Origin: Vicugna vicugna
Lineage: Eukaryota
Direction: 5' to 3'
Length of the DNA stretch: 64,000 nt
Assembly: GCA_013265495.1 (NCBI GenBank)
Contig: MU058418.1
Span: forward strand, 1,576,917-1,640,916
The notes below the pieces were generated by a model, which was not told the origin of the DNA, did not search any database, and was given only the letters and a program-made list of their open reading frames with translations. Made by a program: the position numbers and the translations under genes. This document shows, one piece after another, positions 61,749 through 64,000 of this stretch; position 1 is the first letter of the stretch; each line of letters begins with the position of its first letter.

Positions 61749-62122
61749 TGTCTTAGTCTGCTCAGGCTGCCATAACAAAATACCACAGATGAGGAGGCTT
61801 AAAAAGCAGAAATCTATTTCTCACAATTCTATAGGCTGGAAGTCCAAGGTCAAGGTGCCAGCAGGATTGGTGTCTGATGAGGACCTTCTTTCTGGCTTGC
61901 AGATAGCCATCTTCTTGCTGTGTCCTCACATGGTGCAGTGAGAACTCTGGTGTCTCCTCAAGGTCTTATAAGGGCACCAGCCCATCAGGTGAGGGCCCCA
62001 CCCTTATGACCTTATATAACATTTATCACCTCACAGGCCCTGCCTCCAAATATAGTCATGTTGGGGGATTAGAGCTTCAACACATGAACTTGGAGGGGCA
62101 CACAAACACTCAGTACATTGCA
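61749..62122 (-). mobile_element. MLT1A-type solo LTR
   Basis: tgtcttagtctgctcaggctgccataacaaaataccacag...tcttataagggcacc...cttcaacacatgaacttggaggggcacaca...cattgca. Confidence 0.9.
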
Positions 62123-62337
62123 GGCTTTTAAAAAGTGTAGGTTGGTATCTGCTTTTAAGGAACTCAGGGTATGTGGTGGAAGAATATCAGGTGTATAGAC
62201 AAGGAGTGTTTGAAAAGTGCCAGCAACAAGGTGTCCACAGAACATGGAGGCTGAGGGGACAGAGCCACGGAGCCCAGCTCTTGGTGCATGAGAGTGTAAG
62301 TGACACTGCCTTACCTTGTCATGGAGCTGTGTAGATT

Positions 62338-62450
62338 ATTTCCATTTTATTTTATTTTTATTGTGGTATAATTGACCTACAACACTATGTTAGTTCCAGG
62401 TGCACAGCATAGTGATTGGATATTTCTTTATGTTCCAAAATGATCACCAC
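62338..62450 (-). mobile_element. Short L1 3' end (L1MA-like) with degenerate TSD, followed by a MIR relic (~62465-62620)
   Basis: (ttttatt)n tail then tgtggtataattgacctacaacactatgttagttccaggtgcacagcatagtgatt; flanked by tggagctgtgtagatt / tggagccatgcaatt. Confidence 0.75.
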
Positions 62451-64000
62451 TGGAGCCATGCAATTTAAAAAGCACTCTCACATTCATTACCCCACAGCAG
62501 AGGTGTGAGTAGGTGGTTGTCATTTTAACCATTTTACCAAGGAGGAAACAGGCTCAGCAAGATGAAGTGACTTTCAGAGGTCACAAAGTTAGTAAGTGGC
62601 AGGGTCGCTATACATGTTGCCGGTCTTAAGAAAGGATTCTTAAATTCTGACTGAGGTCTGTCCCCATGGCTTATCGCTTCCACTTGATAACTCGAAAACC
62701 TACACATTTAGCCTTGAACTCTCTGCCAAGCTGCTGACTGCACATTAAACCATCTGTGTGAATCTGCATGTAGTTTCTCCAGAAATGCAGCTTCTCTAAC
62801 AGCCTGAAATCTTTGGGTGCTTGGACTATAATATCTCCCTGTCTCCTGATGATCCTCAGGCATCTGGAGGCCCCATCCTTCTCCACCCAGAAGTCAGGGC
62901 TCCAGCTGCCTCAGAAGCAGCTGTGGGGCTCGTCACAATACTCTTTCCAGTTTCTGGGTCATACCCAGAAACAGGCTTTACCTGCTGGACGGGTTTAGGG
63001 TCTTGAAATACGGATTTCAACTCCTCTTCTGCCCCCAGGTGATTCTTCTGCCCCTGAAATATTGAGACCCATGCTGAGGGAACTGCCTTTAGCCTCTCTG
63101 GCTAGTGAGGAGCCGGCAGGAGCCTGAAACCCCTCAAATGAGTGCTCATCTGTTGGTGGGCTCAGTTTCCTTACCTGGCTAGCTGCCTGGAAAGAGCCTG
63201 AGGACCTGACCACAGACACCTGGCCTGGGGACACATCACCGCAGATAGTCAAGTTAAGAAATAAAGCTCTACACATTTCATTCTCCTGCAATTATTAATA
63301 TTTACATCTGAAATGAGGAAATCCCTGGCCTTATACATATTTTATGAGTTAGAAATTACATTTCTACCTATGAGCTAAACGTACAGTGAATAATTTGTGT
63401 TTGACTTCTAAGAAAGTGATGCTTTGGAGGCAGGAGAAAGATGCTGAGAAGCAGATTTGGCCAGAGCTAAAGGAGTTAACCAAGAGGGCCCAGTTAGAGT
63501 CCCCAGGAGGCTCAGAGCCTGTCCCCAACCATGCCTCCATCACCAAGTCTTCTGGGAGGGTAGGTGCTCTGCCTCAGTCACTGGGGGAGTCCCATGTGAG
63601 GTCTCCAGTGCATCTCCTTGAGGTTACTGGCACTCGGGAGCAGCCTACTTTCTTCCGACCTAAGGTGATCCTTGAAACTGGAGCTCAGCGCTGTCTGAGG
63701 TTAAGCCCAAGTGAAGAAACCCTTCTCTCTAGCCTGCCATGCCCAGGCAGTTGTTTGGGCAAGCAGGAGGATCCTTTGTTCTATCTCCTGAATGATTTGA
63801 CCTCCCACGAAAAGCTTCTGGAGGGTAAAAGTCATCCCAATGGAGGCTCAAATGCCTCCACTTTCCCCTTGGCAGCTCAGCTGCAGGGATGAATGTTCTG
63901 AGCCCTAGGCAGTCCCCCTCAGCTGATCTCTGCTGGTTCCCTCCTGGTGTCTCTGCATCAGTGTGGGATGGCGATCAGATTCCAGGAGGAGGGAGCTGAT

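Noticed and set aside
63386..63892. 168-aa + strand ORF
   Set aside because: GTG start, no recognisable domain, and not the expected next ARMC2 exon (recalled as EYKSLDDCEELVINA...), which must lie beyond the window.
1..64000. CRISPR arrays, operons, prophage, NUMT, rRNA/snoRNA/miRNA genes or a novel multi-gene system
   Set aside because: No repeat-spacer arrays, no dense ORFs, no mitochondrial or structural-RNA similarity recognised; the window is explained by one spliced gene plus mammalian repeats.

Overview
Mammalian genomic DNA, very probably from a camelid (alpaca/llama/camel), because it carries seven copies of a tRNA-Ala-derived SINE matching the camelid Vic-1 family. The window lies wholly inside the gene body of ARMC2 (armadillo repeat containing 2; sperm flagellum/cilia gene) on the + strand. 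Eight GT-AG coding exons (77, 99, 176, 103, 224, 146, 100 and 319 bp; probably exons 6-13 by human numbering, from memory) splice into one uninterrupted 1244-nt frame; start and stop codons lie outside the window. The rest is intronic: MIR, L2, old L1/HAL1, MER5/MER20/Tigger DNA-transposon relics, an LTR16-like LTR, a two-LTR MaLR (MLT1) provirus plus a solo LTR, and one young 5'-truncated L1 with a perfect target-site duplication. I found no evidence of a new multi-gene system. The most interesting signals are local: an abrupt GC3/CpG switch inside the last exon followed by a strong G-quadruplex; a nested set of inverted SINEs around an in-frame exon pair (possible circRNA with an endless ORF); several odd splice-site configurations; candidate antisense exons, one possibly LTR-driven; an intronic CpG-rich module with muscle-type motifs; and an L1 fragment apparently retrotransposed in antisense orientation. 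Repeat boundaries and subfamily names are by eye and approximate.
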